The notes: generated by a model not told the origin, from the sequence alone. A stretch of DNA of 32,000 nt from Ktedonobacterales bacterium (GCA_030167145.1 CP126532.1:2520001-2552000); one strand, 5' to 3'; positions 8,040-19,303 are shown, numbered from the stretch's first letter. Translations and numbers: made by a program.

Positions 8040-9752
8040 CTAAAATCGCTTCTGCGCGGGAAAGCGCGAAGGTGGCGGCGGAGCTGGACGGGCGGGAGCG
8101 ACGGACGGCGGTGGCGGCTCTGGCTTCGGTGTTTTCGCGTCCACCCATGCGCTGTAGCCACCTTCGAAGCTCTGCGCGTCGCCATCGCGCACTTCGAGAA
8201 TGCGGTCGGCGATGCGGTCGAGGAAATAACGGTCGTGTGAGATGACGACGACGGTGCCGTCGTAGCCTTCTAGCGCGGCCTCTAGCGCCTCAGCGGAGTC
8301 AATATCGAGGTGGTTGGTCGGCTCATCCAGCACCAGGCAATTCGCGTTGCCGAGCATCAGCAGCAGCAGTTGCAGGCGGCTGCGCTCACCACCGCTGAGC
8401 GAGCGGACAGGCTGGCGCACCTGCTCATACTTGAACAAGAAACGGCCCAGCAGCGCCACCGTTTGATTTTCGTAGCCGGTGCGAACAGCGCGCACGATGT
8501 CGAGCGGCGTCGCGTCGGGGTCAAGCGTCTCGTGGCCCTGAGCGAAGTAGCCCAGCGTAATGCTGGGACCGAGCCAGCGCTCGCCCTCAGTTGGGATGAG
8601 TTCGCCGGTGATGATTTTGCTGAGCACGCTTTTGCCCGCGCCATTGGGGCCGATGACGCCGATACGTTCACCACGCCGGATGGTGAGATTGATGTCCAGC
8701 AGCACTGGCTCGCCATCGAACGCCTGGCTCACGTGCCGCAGTTCGGCGACCTTTGCGCCGCCGCGCTCGGCGCTGTGCAGCCGCAACGCCATCTTGCGGC
8801 GTTCAAGAACGGGACGCTCCACCTTGTCCATACGGTCAATCTGGCGCTGCTTGTTGCGCGCCTGTTTGATGTGCCGCTCGTTGGGGACGAGGCTGGCCCA
8901 GAGCTTAAAGCGGGCGATGGCCTCTTCGAGCCGTTCGATCTCTTTCTGTTGGCTGGCGTAGAGTTGTTGCTGGCGCAGCAGCGCCACCTCACGCGCCAGC
9001 GCGTAGGCGGAGTAGTTGCCGGGCCAGAGGGTGATCGCGCCGTTTTCCAGTTCGGCAATCTCGCTGACGGTCTCATCTAGCAGGTAGCGGTCATGCGAGA
9101 CGATGACCACCGCGCCATCGAAGCCGCGAATCAGCGTTTCCAACTGCTCGCGGCGCGGCAGATCGAGATGCGTCTCTGGCTCGTCGAGCAGCAGCACATC
9201 CGGGCGCTGGGCGACGCACGCGGCGAGTGCGGCGAGCTTGCGCTGGCCGCCGCTGAGCGCGCTGAGCGGCAGGGCGATGTCGTCGTCGGTGAGGCCGAGG
9301 GCGCGCAGATGGCTGCGGGCCTCGCCCGCAAAGCCAGGACCACCCAGTTCGTCGAAACGGCGCAGCAGCGCTTCCTGGCGGGCCAGCACGTGCGTCATGC
9401 GCTCCAGGTCGGCGATAACCGCAGGCAAAGCAAGTTCGACCTCACAGGCGGCGAGTTGCGCTTCGACCTCAGCAAGTTCGGGGCGCGCGGCGAGGACGAC
9501 GGCCAGCGGTGTATCGTCGCTGGCGGGGATGTGCTGGCGCAGATAGGCGACACGCAGGCCGCGCTTGCGCGTGACCTCACCCGCATCCACGTCGTCGAGT
9601 CCGGCGAGGATGCGCAGCAGCGTGGACTTGCCCGCGCCGTTGGGGCCGACGAGGCCAATGCGCGCGGCTTCGTCTACGCTGAAACTGAGATCGCGCAGGA
9701 TATGCCGTCCACCAAAACCCTTGGCAAGGCCGGAGACACTCAGACCAATCAT
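8040..9752 (-). CDS. ABC-F family ATPase (soluble, two ABC cassettes)
   Basis: The start is the ATG at 9752 (MIGLSVSGLAKGF..) with GGAGG 7 nt upstream. Walker A occurs twice (GPNGAGKSTLL, GPNGAGKSVLS). The signature motifs are LSGGQRKL and LSGGERSRL. Walker B reads LLLDEPETHLD and LVLDEPTNHLD. There is a charged inter-cassette linker and no TM domain. The C-terminal tail is Pro-rich. Confidence 0.93.
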   Translation of the reverse strand: MIGLSVSGLAKGFGGRHILRDLSFSVDEAARIGLVGPNGAGKSTLLRILAGLDDVDAGEVTRKRGLRVAYLRQHIPASDDTPLAVVLAARPELAEVEAQLAACEVELALPAVIADLERMTHVLARQEALLRRFDELGGPGFAGEARSHLRALGLTDDDIALPLSALSGGQRKLAALAACVAQRPDVLLLDEPETHLDLPRREQLETLIRGFDGAVVIVSHDRYLLDETVSEIAELENGAITLWPGNYSAYALAREVALLRQQQLYASQQKEIERLEEAIARFKLWASLVPNERHIKQARNKQRQIDRMDKVERPVLERRKMALRLHSAERGGAKVAELRHVSQAFDGEPVLLDINLTIRRGERIGVIGPNGAGKSVLSKIITGELIPTEGERWLGPSITLGYFAQGHETLDPDATPLDIVRAVRTGYENQTVALLGRFLFKYEQVRQPVRSLSGGERSRLQLLLLMLGNANCLVLDEPTNHLDIDSAEALEAALEGYDGTVVVISHDRYFLDRIADRILEVRDGDAQSFEGGYSAWVDAKTPKPEPPPPSVAPARPAPPPPSRFPAQKRF

Positions 9753-10209
9753 GCATACACCTCCACATCGGGCGGGGAGAGCAGCGCGGGTGGAGACGGC
9801 GGCATGCGGAAAGACAAAACGGCCGTGGACCCTGCACTGGCCCACAGCCGCCGCTTTTGACGCTTGCGCGGTAACACGTTACCGCGAGAAGAAGGGGAGA
9901 ACATCAAGCGAGCCGCAACAAGGCACAGTACGACAAGGAACCACGGCCATGAAGCCGCCTTTGATCTGTCCGTCGCTGCACTGATAGCCCGCTGGATGCA
10001 CGAATATCGCTCCTCGTTGGGATTGGTTCACCGCCGCAAGCGTACCACGCGCGCCGCCAGGGCGTCAATGCGATATGGTGCGTAGCTAGGACCAAACGGA
10101 TGTGAGCCACGCCACAGACGCGACGCTGGGCACGGTGTAGAGTAACATGGTGTACCAGCCGGTATTATCATGAATTAGGCGTACATGGGCGAGGAATGGG
10201 AGGCGAGGC

Positions 10210-10995
10210 ATGTCTATCTTCTTTGCGCGGCGCTTCAGACACATGGCGGTGATGCTGGGATGCCTCTGCCTTACCCTGGCGCTGGCGAGTTGCGCGAGTG
10301 GCTCTGCGAAGGATACGCCAACGCCGAGCGCGCCGGTTGCGACGGCGACGCTCTCCACACCGACGGCGGCGCCACGATCCATCGCGCCGTTCAGTTGCGC
10401 CGCAGGCAGCCTGCCCGTCACATCGCGCGCTACCCAGACAAGCTGCACCGTGAGCACCGAGCATGGCGTGGTCAAGGTGACGGCGACGTACACGTTTACG
10501 GGCGCGGGCCAGTTTGTTGACGAGAGCAAACTGATGGCGAGCGGCTGGGTGATTGCCGGTCTGGTGAATCAAGATGGTGGAGACTCAAGTGGCACCTGGT
10601 ATCTGTACTTGAATCAAGGCGCATGGATCAGTTGGGGACCGGCACACGATGGCGGGTTGGGCGTGTGGGCGAGTGTGCCAGAGCAGAGCGAGCCAATCGC
10701 CTGCGGAAAGACCTTGACCAGCGACAGCTCACAGCATTTGAAAGTCCCCCTTCCGCAGGGCACGCAAACGGTTGCCATCTTCCTGATCGCGCCGTATTGC
10801 CCGAAAGATGTCGCGGCGTTCTATTCGACGACACTTACCGCCGCTGGCTGGACAGCGAGCAGACCATTTCAAGCCGACAGCACGGGGAATGGGGGTGCGG
10901 AGACCTATTCGGGAACCTTTGCCCGCAATGGTGTGCCTGTGGACCTCTATTTAACTGGCATGGACGGAACCTCGACCGCGATTGAGATCATCTGA
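10210..10995 (+). CDS. Putative lipoprotein
   Basis: GGGAGG lies 6 nt upstream. The signal peptide has the lipobox LALAS-C (MSIFFARRFRHMAVMLGCLCLTLALASCASG). Confidence 0.75.
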   Translation: MSIFFARRFRHMAVMLGCLCLTLALASCASGSAKDTPTPSAPVATATLSTPTAAPRSIAPFSCAAGSLPVTSRATQTSCTVSTEHGVVKVTATYTFTGAGQFVDESKLMASGWVIAGLVNQDGGDSSGTWYLYLNQGAWISWGPAHDGGLGVWASVPEQSEPIACGKTLTSDSSQHLKVPLPQGTQTVAIFLIAPYCPKDVAAFYSTTLTAAGWTASRPFQADSTGNGGAETYSGTFARNGVPVDLYLTGMDGTSTAIEII

Positions 10996-11017
10996 TGTGG
11001 CGCAGTCACGGCTGGCA

Positions 11018-12613
11018 CTAGAATGAGCCGCCCGCGCCGCCACCGCCAGCCGCGGCGCCGCCACCAGAGAAACCGCCGCCACCGCCAGAGCTGGTCTGCG
11101 GCGGATACATGCTGGTATGCCAGCCGATCCAATAGGGGTAGAAGGCGATCATGCGCCCGGTGCGCATATCTTCGGGTGTGGAGCGGAACCACCTGGGCGA
11201 ATAGCCATGCGCCTTCGCTTCGTCAAGCACCATCGTCACAATGCCATTCTCGCCCAGCGCGACCGCATAAGGGATCACGGCGTCATAGTCGAGTTCGCGG
11301 GATGCGGTGAGCGAAGGATGCTGAAGCCCCTGCACGTAGCCACGCCAGGGCGCGACCTCCGCTTCGCCAGCCGCGCTGGTATTGGAGAGAGTGGCCGCCA
11401 GAACGAACGCGCCAATGCCCACCGTGAGGAAGATGGCGCCGCCGATCAGCGCCCAGCCTTCGCGGGCAATGATGGCGATGATGACGCTGACCGCAACGGC
11501 GGCGATACCCACGATGCCAGCGATGATGAGCGGACGGCGGCGCGCGGCAATCTGGGTGTCATACCAGCCGCGCGTGAGCAGGTCACTCCGCAACTCGCCG
11601 CGAGCGGCAGTCCAGCGCGCGCGCAGTTGCGCCATATCACCCGGCCAGACGACGCCCTCCGCGTCCGCAAGGCCGGAGAGCGCCTGCCAGACCTGCGCTT
11701 CGTAGCCATCCAGATCGTGGCCATCGCCGGTGAGGCGTATCAACATCTCGCTCGTGCCCGCTGGCTCCATAGTGAGCAGGCCACGGTGGGCGAAGTCCAG
11801 TATCGTCGCCTCCATCTGGCCGTCGGTGGTCTTGCCCTGCATCAATGCGCCAACCATCGCGGGCCGCAGGTCGTTGGGTGGGGTGGTGGTGGGCATGGCG
11901 AAGGGCTGCCGTTGCCAGCCGCGCGGTCGCCGGTTGCGCGCGAACAGCAGCGCCACAATGCCGGCGAACAGGAGCGAGACACTATTGAACGGGACCGTGC
12001 CGATTGCGCGCGCAGTCTGGCGAGCCGGAGATGGGTGGAGATCGTCATAGACGGCGTCGAGGCCAGCGGCGATGCCGCCAGCGGTGTCGCCATTCTTGAG
12101 CAGCGGCGTCATCACATCCGATACGATGCGCTGCAACTCGGATTGGGAGAGATCGCTCTGAAAGTGCTTCTGGCCGGCGTAGAGGCCGACCGCGCCGTGC
12201 CGCAGATTGCCGGGCTGGAGGTTGAGCAGCATCACGAAGCCATCTTTCGCGCCGGGCTTGGACTCGATATTCCAGCGCTGCATGAGGTTTGCGGCGTCCT
12301 GCACCGTCTCGTCGGGGGTGGCGTCCTTCGCCTGAAGGTAGACAACCGTAGGCGCGCCAGCCCGTTCGACGGCGGCGGCATGGGTTTCGAGGCTGGCGAT
12401 TTCTCCTGGCGTCAGGATGCCCGCGCAATCGTAGATATGCTGGCCAGGGATGGGCTGCGCGCTGCACGATGCGCCTGAGGCCGCGGGCGCGGCAGCAGCG
12501 GTGCGCGCGGGCAGAGCCACCAACGCCAGCGCGATGAGCGACAAGGCGATGAGCGACAAGGCGACGAGCGCAAGAACGGGAGCGATAGTACGCAGGCGCA
12601 TTCGCTGGAGCAT
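11018..12613 (-). CDS. TPM-domain / DUF2207-like membrane protein
   Basis: The start is the ATG at 12613 (MLQRMRLRT..) with GGAGGTGG 6 nt upstream. After the signal anchor comes a TPM-phosphatase-like region (IYDCAGILTPGEIASLETHAAAVERAGAPTVVYL...DGFVMLLNLQPG..). TM segments follow. The tail is Gly-rich (SSGGGGGFSGGGAAAGGGGAGGSF), as is typical of this family. Confidence 0.8.
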   Translation of the reverse strand: MLQRMRLRTIAPVLALVALSLIALSLIALALVALPARTAAAAPAASGASCSAQPIPGQHIYDCAGILTPGEIASLETHAAAVERAGAPTVVYLQAKDATPDETVQDAANLMQRWNIESKPGAKDGFVMLLNLQPGNLRHGAVGLYAGQKHFQSDLSQSELQRIVSDVMTPLLKNGDTAGGIAAGLDAVYDDLHPSPARQTARAIGTVPFNSVSLLFAGIVALLFARNRRPRGWQRQPFAMPTTTPPNDLRPAMVGALMQGKTTDGQMEATILDFAHRGLLTMEPAGTSEMLIRLTGDGHDLDGYEAQVWQALSGLADAEGVVWPGDMAQLRARWTAARGELRSDLLTRGWYDTQIAARRRPLIIAGIVGIAAVAVSVIIAIIAREGWALIGGAIFLTVGIGAFVLAATLSNTSAAGEAEVAPWRGYVQGLQHPSLTASRELDYDAVIPYAVALGENGIVTMVLDEAKAHGYSPRWFRSTPEDMRTGRMIAFYPYWIGWHTSMYPPQTSSGGGGGFSGGGAAAGGGGAGGSF

Positions 12614-12778
12614 ATGGGCCACCTCCATACGAGAGCGGATGACAGCACGAGCCATGCCCGCCATATCTACGGTGGCGCAATCAGATGGTTGTAGGCGCGA
12701 CATGGCTCGCATAGCGCGAGGGCAGCGGAGCGTATCACATGCTCTGCTGCCCTCGGTGATATTTGCGCTAGGTGCGCG

Positions 12779-14320
12779 TCAAACTTCAGGGATGGGGATG
12801 CAGCCGACGGAGAGGCGGAGGAAGTCGTCGCTGTAGCCGAAACCGCTGCCAGGAACGCCGGCGATGCCGGTCTTGCTGAAGAAGGTGAAGACATCCTCGC
12901 CTGGGCAGAGCTGGCTCCAGTTGTAGACGGTGCCGCCGTCGTCGAGATTGACATGCGCGAAGACATGGTGCTGCGCGTCCAGGGCGTGGAGTTGCTTGAT
13001 GAGCCGCTCGCGGCGGTGGCGATAGAGCGCGCGGATGCGCTCTTCGAGGGCGGGACGCTGGTTAAATAGCTCGATATATGCCATGTAGCGCAGTTGCCAC
13101 TCGGCGGGCAGCGAGGCGGTGCTGTTGGTCCAGCCCGCGCCGACCTGCGCGGCCAGCGCCGGATCGCCGAAGCCGACCCAGCCGCACCGGTCGCCGGTGA
13201 GGGTGTGGGTCTTCGAGAAGCTGTTGACGAAGACGGTGCGCTCAAAGACGCCGGGGCGGTTGAACTCGGCCATGCGTGCGCGGTCCTCATCGGGGTCGCC
13301 GGTGCCGATGTAGGCAAGGTCGGCGACGATCAGGACGCCACGATTGGCTTCGGTCAGGGTATCAAAGAGCGCGCGCAGTTCCGCTGGTGTGTAGGCGAAA
13401 GCGGTGGGGTTATTGCTGACCGTTAAGTAGAAGGCGCGGATGTCGGGCGCGTCATCCAGCGCGGCGCGCAACATCTCTGGCGTCACCTTAAAGCTGTCTT
13501 CGGGCTGGGTGTAGAGGCGATGCAGCCGCAGACCCAGAGATTGCGCCTGCCACTCCGGCACATTGAAGCTGGGCGCGGGGAAAACGATGGCCATCTCTTG
13601 CTCGCCCGCCTGCCGCCGCGCGGTGGCAAAGCCGCGGAAGAACTTGTCGAGGCCATCCAGCGCGCCCAGGCTGAGGTGGATGCACTCCGGCGGTACGGTG
13701 TAGCCCCAGTGTTGCAGCGCGTATGCGGAGAGCATCTCACGCAGCAGCGGGTTGCCGATGCCCGACACGTCATACATGCGCAGGTCGAAGCGGCGGGCGA
13801 GCAGTTGGCGCTCGAAGTCAAGCATGCGCTCGTGAATCCAGCGATAGGTGTCGCCGGTAGCGGCGCTGTCCGCGATGACTTCGCCAGGCAGCGCCAGCCC
13901 CATGTCGTCGGCCAGGGTCACGAATGCGGGGCCGTCGTCGCGCAGGCTCACATGGCGCAGATCTACATCACCAATGGTGCGGTTGACGATGCCAGCGGCG
14001 ATGGCCTCGGCGGGGAAGCCGCGTTCGATACAGGTGCGCTCAAGCTCCTGCACCATGCGCGCCATGACACGAATGGGAGCCGCGCCGCGCACCTGTGGCT
14101 TGTAGCGTTCGCAGGCTTCATCGCGCATGCGAGCAATGAGCGCAGCGTAGTCTGGGGTGCGCTCGTGGCCATTGGCGGCGGCGTTCGGACGACGGCTCGT
14201 GGGGGATTTCGTACGCGACGCGCCAGCGCGGGGCGCGGGGCGGGTGGCTGTCGGAGCGGCAGAAACGCTGGCACGCTGATCGGATGGGAGGGACGTAAAT
14301 GAGGCGTCACCACTCGACAT
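12779..14320 (-). CDS. PLP-dependent aminotransferase, class I/II fold, with a roughly 100-aa N-terminal extension
   Basis: The start is the ATG at 14320 (MSSGDASF..) with AAGGAG 7 nt upstream. The PLP-lysine motif is NSFSKTHTLTGDRCGW. The sequence ..FYLTVSNNPTAFAYT.. is also present. Confidence 0.85.
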   Translation of the reverse strand: MSSGDASFTSLPSDQRASVSAAPTATRPAPRAGASRTKSPTSRRPNAAANGHERTPDYAALIARMRDEACERYKPQVRGAAPIRVMARMVQELERTCIERGFPAEAIAAGIVNRTIGDVDLRHVSLRDDGPAFVTLADDMGLALPGEVIADSAATGDTYRWIHERMLDFERQLLARRFDLRMYDVSGIGNPLLREMLSAYALQHWGYTVPPECIHLSLGALDGLDKFFRGFATARRQAGEQEMAIVFPAPSFNVPEWQAQSLGLRLHRLYTQPEDSFKVTPEMLRAALDDAPDIRAFYLTVSNNPTAFAYTPAELRALFDTLTEANRGVLIVADLAYIGTGDPDEDRARMAEFNRPGVFERTVFVNSFSKTHTLTGDRCGWVGFGDPALAAQVGAGWTNSTASLPAEWQLRYMAYIELFNQRPALEERIRALYRHRRERLIKQLHALDAQHHVFAHVNLDDGGTVYNWSQLCPGEDVFTFFSKTGIAGVPGSGFGYSDDFLRLSVGCIPIPEV

Positions 14321-14661
14321 GCAGGACTCCTTCTTGCTCTCGCGGGCGGCGACGCTGCCGCCGTAGAGGCAGTCTAGCACAAGAACCGGTGGTCCGCAAT
14401 TACCTTACGAGAGGATTCTGAACGACTTTTTCAGCGAAGCCACGGGAGACCATGTCATGTGATACACTGTGCGTCACAGGCGAAATGACGGAAACTCGTA
14501 GCTCCTCGGTACGAGCCTGTTCTGCTACGGAAGTGTACATACACGTACACATACTGCGTATTCCATGGATAGTAGATCACCGACGAGTGTGTGTGGTGGA
14601 CCTCGTTCAACGGCCAGCTTCGATGCTGCTGGCACGCGCCCCAAATGCGTAGGGGGTCAGG

Positions 14662-16254
14662 ATGAGATCGGTGAAGGCGGCCCGGCGGAAAGTGCGCGAG
14701 AAGCCACATCTGTATGCGCCAACAACTGCCACGCACATTGAATGGCGTGGACGCGCGAGTGCGGCAGACGCGAACTCACAATCACTCCAGAGTGTGTATG
14801 CAGCGCGGTTCCGGGCGTTGGCGGCGGCGACGGGACAGATCACCTGGACAGCCGATCCGAGCGGACGGGACGGTGACGTAAGCGGGTGGTGCGCATTCAC
14901 GGGACAGGATCCCATCGAGGCGGCGCGAGGCAAATGGTTCGCTGCGATCCATCCCGAAGACCGTGCGCGTGCGTTTCGTGCGTTCCGTGCGGCATGGGAA
15001 GCGCGGCGCGCCTATGAAGTGGAGTATCGTCTGCGCCGCGCGGATGGTGTCTATCGCTGGTTTGTGATGCGCGGAGTGCCGATTCTCGATGAGCAGCAAG
15101 CGATTGTCGAATGGGTCGGCTGTTGCACGGACATCACCGAACTCAGGGAAGCACGCGACGTGGCGCTGGAGCAAGCGACACGGCTGAACACGATTTTTGA
15201 GACCATCACCGACGGCATCATCCTCTACGGTCTCGATGGGCATATCATCGAGGCAAATAGCGCCTTTCACACATTGTTCGGCATCACCGATCCGGAGACT
15301 TATTACCGACTGCCGTATCCGGAGCGCTTTACGCTGATAGAAGCGCGCGACGCCAACGGCATACGGCTCGACGATGCAAACATTCCCATCGCTCGCATAT
15401 TGCGGGGGGAGCGGCTCATCGGCACAGACGCGGTGAATGAGCTGTACCGCACGCTGGATGGACGTGAGATCGTGACCAGCGTGATCGGCGCGCCGCTGTA
15501 TGATGACGAAGGCGCGATCATGGGCGGCGTCGTGCTCTGCCGTGACATTACCGAGCGACGCGAACTGGAACGCCAGCGCCAGCAGATGCCGCGCACCGTG
15601 GCACATGAGCTGAATCAGCCGCTGACCAGCCTCAAAGTGCAGGCGCAATCCGCTACGCGACAACTCCAACAGGGCGCGAATCCGTCGCTTGCCATGATGG
15701 AGCGGATGGGGGCGAGCATCGGCCAGATGGAGCGGCTGGTGCGCGATCTGCTGGACACCGCATGGCTGGAAACAGGAAATGTTTCGCTGAACATGGAGCG
15801 GGTTGATCTTGCCGCACTTTGCGCGCAAGCAGCGGAGGATAAGGCGACGACTGGACGCGAGGTGAAGATAGAGGCTGAAACCGCCACAGCGCCAGTGATC
15901 GGCGATGGACTGCGGATCACGCAAGTGCTCTCGAATTTGCTCTCGAATGCGCTGCGCTACTCGCCGGTTGAGACGCCCGTGACGGTGAGACTGGACGTGA
16001 CGGACGGGGTGGCGCGAGTCTCGGTGCGGGATGAGGGCGCGGGCATTCCTCTTGAGGCGCAGGCGGCGATCTTCGAACCGTTCTACCGCGTAGAGGAGGC
16101 AAAGATCACATCGAGTTCGGGGGTGCGACTGGGGTTGGGCCTGTATATCAGCCGGTTGCTCGTCAAGCGGCTCGATGGCGATATGGGCGTCGAAAGCACG
16201 CCTGGACACGGCTCAACCTTCTGGTTTACCCTGCCGCTGGCGGAGGATGCATAA
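14662..16254 (+). CDS. Cytoplasmic sensor histidine kinase (PAS-PAS-HisKA-HATPase)
   Basis: There are two PAS-like segments (..ITWTADPSGRDGDVSGW..YRWFVMRGVPILDE.. and ..NTIFETITDGIILYGLDGHIIEAN..). The H-box is VAHELNQPLTSL. The ATPase boxes are LSNLLSNALRYS, RDEGAGIP, GLGLYISRLLV and GSTFWFTLP. No TM segment is present, and no response regulator lies adjacent. The start codon is uncertain. Confidence 0.9.
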   Translation: MRSVKAARRKVREKPHLYAPTTATHIEWRGRASAADANSQSLQSVYAARFRALAAATGQITWTADPSGRDGDVSGWCAFTGQDPIEAARGKWFAAIHPEDRARAFRAFRAAWEARRAYEVEYRLRRADGVYRWFVMRGVPILDEQQAIVEWVGCCTDITELREARDVALEQATRLNTIFETITDGIILYGLDGHIIEANSAFHTLFGITDPETYYRLPYPERFTLIEARDANGIRLDDANIPIARILRGERLIGTDAVNELYRTLDGREIVTSVIGAPLYDDEGAIMGGVVLCRDITERRELERQRQQMPRTVAHELNQPLTSLKVQAQSATRQLQQGANPSLAMMERMGASIGQMERLVRDLLDTAWLETGNVSLNMERVDLAALCAQAAEDKATTGREVKIEAETATAPVIGDGLRITQVLSNLLSNALRYSPVETPVTVRLDVTDGVARVSVRDEGAGIPLEAQAAIFEPFYRVEEAKITSSSGVRLGLGLYISRLLVKRLDGDMGVESTPGHGSTFWFTLPLAEDA

Positions 16255-16313
16255 TAGACGGTTCGTGGACGGTGGGGATGGAACGATGAACGTAGGGGGG
16301 AGAAGCCGCACCT

Positions 16314-16772
16314 ATGGCGACGGTGAGACGGAAGGCGCTGGCCTATATCACCAGGGGCGATATGCTGCTGGTCTTCAGCCACCCGGACTATCCAGAGGCG
16401 GGTATTCAGGTGCCAGCGGGCACCATTGAGGAGGGGGAGCCACCAGCGGAAGCGGCGCTGCGCGAGGCGCAGGAGGAGACGGGGCTAACGGCATTGACGC
16501 TGGTGAGCTTCCTGGGTGAGCAGATGTATGACAGATCCGCGTTGCCGCTGAGGAGCGACGAAATTCACCAGCGGTTCTTCTTTCATCTGACGTGCGAAGG
16601 AACGCCACCCGCCACCTGGCGGCACTACGAAACACATCGTTCAGATGGCGGCACGGAGGCGATTGCCTTCGACTTCTTCTGGGCGCGGCTGCCAGATGGT
16701 GTGCCAGAACTGATTGCCGGCCACGGCGCACTGCTGCCGGTGTTGATGGAGCGGCTTGCCCAAGAACGCTGA
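16314..16772 (+). CDS. Nudix hydrolase
   Basis: The Nudix box is GTIEEGEPPAEAALREAQEETGL. A G-rich SD lies upstream. Confidence 0.88.
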   Translation: MATVRRKALAYITRGDMLLVFSHPDYPEAGIQVPAGTIEEGEPPAEAALREAQEETGLTALTLVSFLGEQMYDRSALPLRSDEIHQRFFFHLTCEGTPPATWRHYETHRSDGGTEAIAFDFFWARLPDGVPELIAGHGALLPVLMERLAQER

Positions 16773-16912
16773 ACAGCGCAATGGGCGAAGCCGCTGTGTG
16801 GATGAAGCGCGTCCGGTCACCTGCGCACAGCGCGTATTGCCGCGAGCAAGGAACACGGCGTAGCGGGGTTTCACGTTCAGTGTCATCGAGCGCTCCATCG
16901 CGCTGCCACAAG

Positions 16913-16928
16913 TGTTTCACGTGAAACA
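16913..16928. other. parS centromere-like ParB-binding site (perfect palindrome TGTTTCACGTGAAACA)
   Basis: This is an exact 16-mer match to the palindromic parS consensus. It is intergenic, 34 nt from the accC stop. It produces the spurious MFHVKH peptides seen on both strands in the ORF track. Confidence 0.85.
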
Positions 16929-16961
16929 TTGGCGGCAGCACGACAGGTCACGCGCTCACCA

Positions 16962-18668
<1,707 letters not shown>

Positions 18669-19042
18669 CGGTGTCCTCGTCCTGAGCTGCAATGGAGAGC
18701 GGGCTACGTGCCGCTCCGTACCCAATTGTACTCCACAGGCGCGCGGTGGCGTAGCGCAGCGGAATCTCCGCGCGGCAACGCTCAGCAACAGCTACGGCAC
18801 ACGGCTTGCGAAGATGATACCGGTGAAGGATGGAGAACGCAAGGATGTGAGACGCTGAAGGCGGACGTCAAGGAACGACAACCGCCTTCTTCAGTGGAAG
18901 GCGAAGTCAAACGCCTGAACCGTCGAATTGTGTAAAGGTGTGCCCGCGTCGCGGCAAAGATGTCGCGTTCAGGCATGCTCTATGCGGCGAATTTGGTGAG
19001 CGGCAACGTATGGCTACTCGCGTAGCGAGACGTGGAGGTCTC

Positions 19043-19303
19043 ATGATGTCACATCCAGGTAGTGGCGAGGACAGGAATCAGGATGCCAACATGGCATCCG
19101 ACGCGCAGATGCACACGCCAAGCCAGACGGGTGTCGTTGGGGAGACGGATTATCCAGGCGGCAGCGCGACACCTGATGAGAGCGGGCTGGTCGGAGGGCC
19201 AGTGACGGCGGAAGAAGCGGCGGCTTCGGATACTGGTCTGGCGGGCAGCGGCCTGACCGACACGGGACAGGTGCTGCCGCGCAGCGACGAGAGCGACGGC
19301 TGA
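19043..19303 (+). CDS. Small acidic, probably disordered protein (86 aa)
   Basis: GGAGG lies 5 nt upstream of the ATG at 19043 (MMSHPGSGEDRNQD...SDESDG). Third-position GC bias is consistent with coding. No family was recognised. Confidence 0.45.
   Translation: MMSHPGSGEDRNQDANMASDAQMHTPSQTGVVGETDYPGGSATPDESGLVGGPVTAEEAAASDTGLAGSGLTDTGQVLPRSDESDG

Noticed and set aside
14782-16209. A 475-aa ORF antisense to the histidine kinase. Similar long antisense ORFs occur at 3557..4345, 9093..9860, 11117..12478, 13520..14302, 17526..18623 and 24888..25928.
   Set aside because: These are mirror ORFs, which are typical of GC-rich DNA because the antisense frames are poor in stop codons. The translations are Arg/Ala/Gly/His-rich with no motifs and no SD. 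The opposite strand encodes proteins with clear conserved domains.
18741-18780. A tRNA-like D-arm string (GGCGTAGCGCAGCGG) upstream of accC.
   Set aside because: There is no matching acceptor stem, no anticodon arm and no GGTTCGAATCC-type T-arm nearby, so it cannot fold into a cloverleaf.
19150-19158. A DnaA-box-like TTATCCAgg, and the general possibility that oriC lies in the window given the two parS sites.
   Set aside because: This is an isolated 7/9 match inside a probable coding region. I saw no cluster of TTATCCACA-like boxes, no AT-rich unwinding element, and no dnaA, dnaN or parAB genes in the window.
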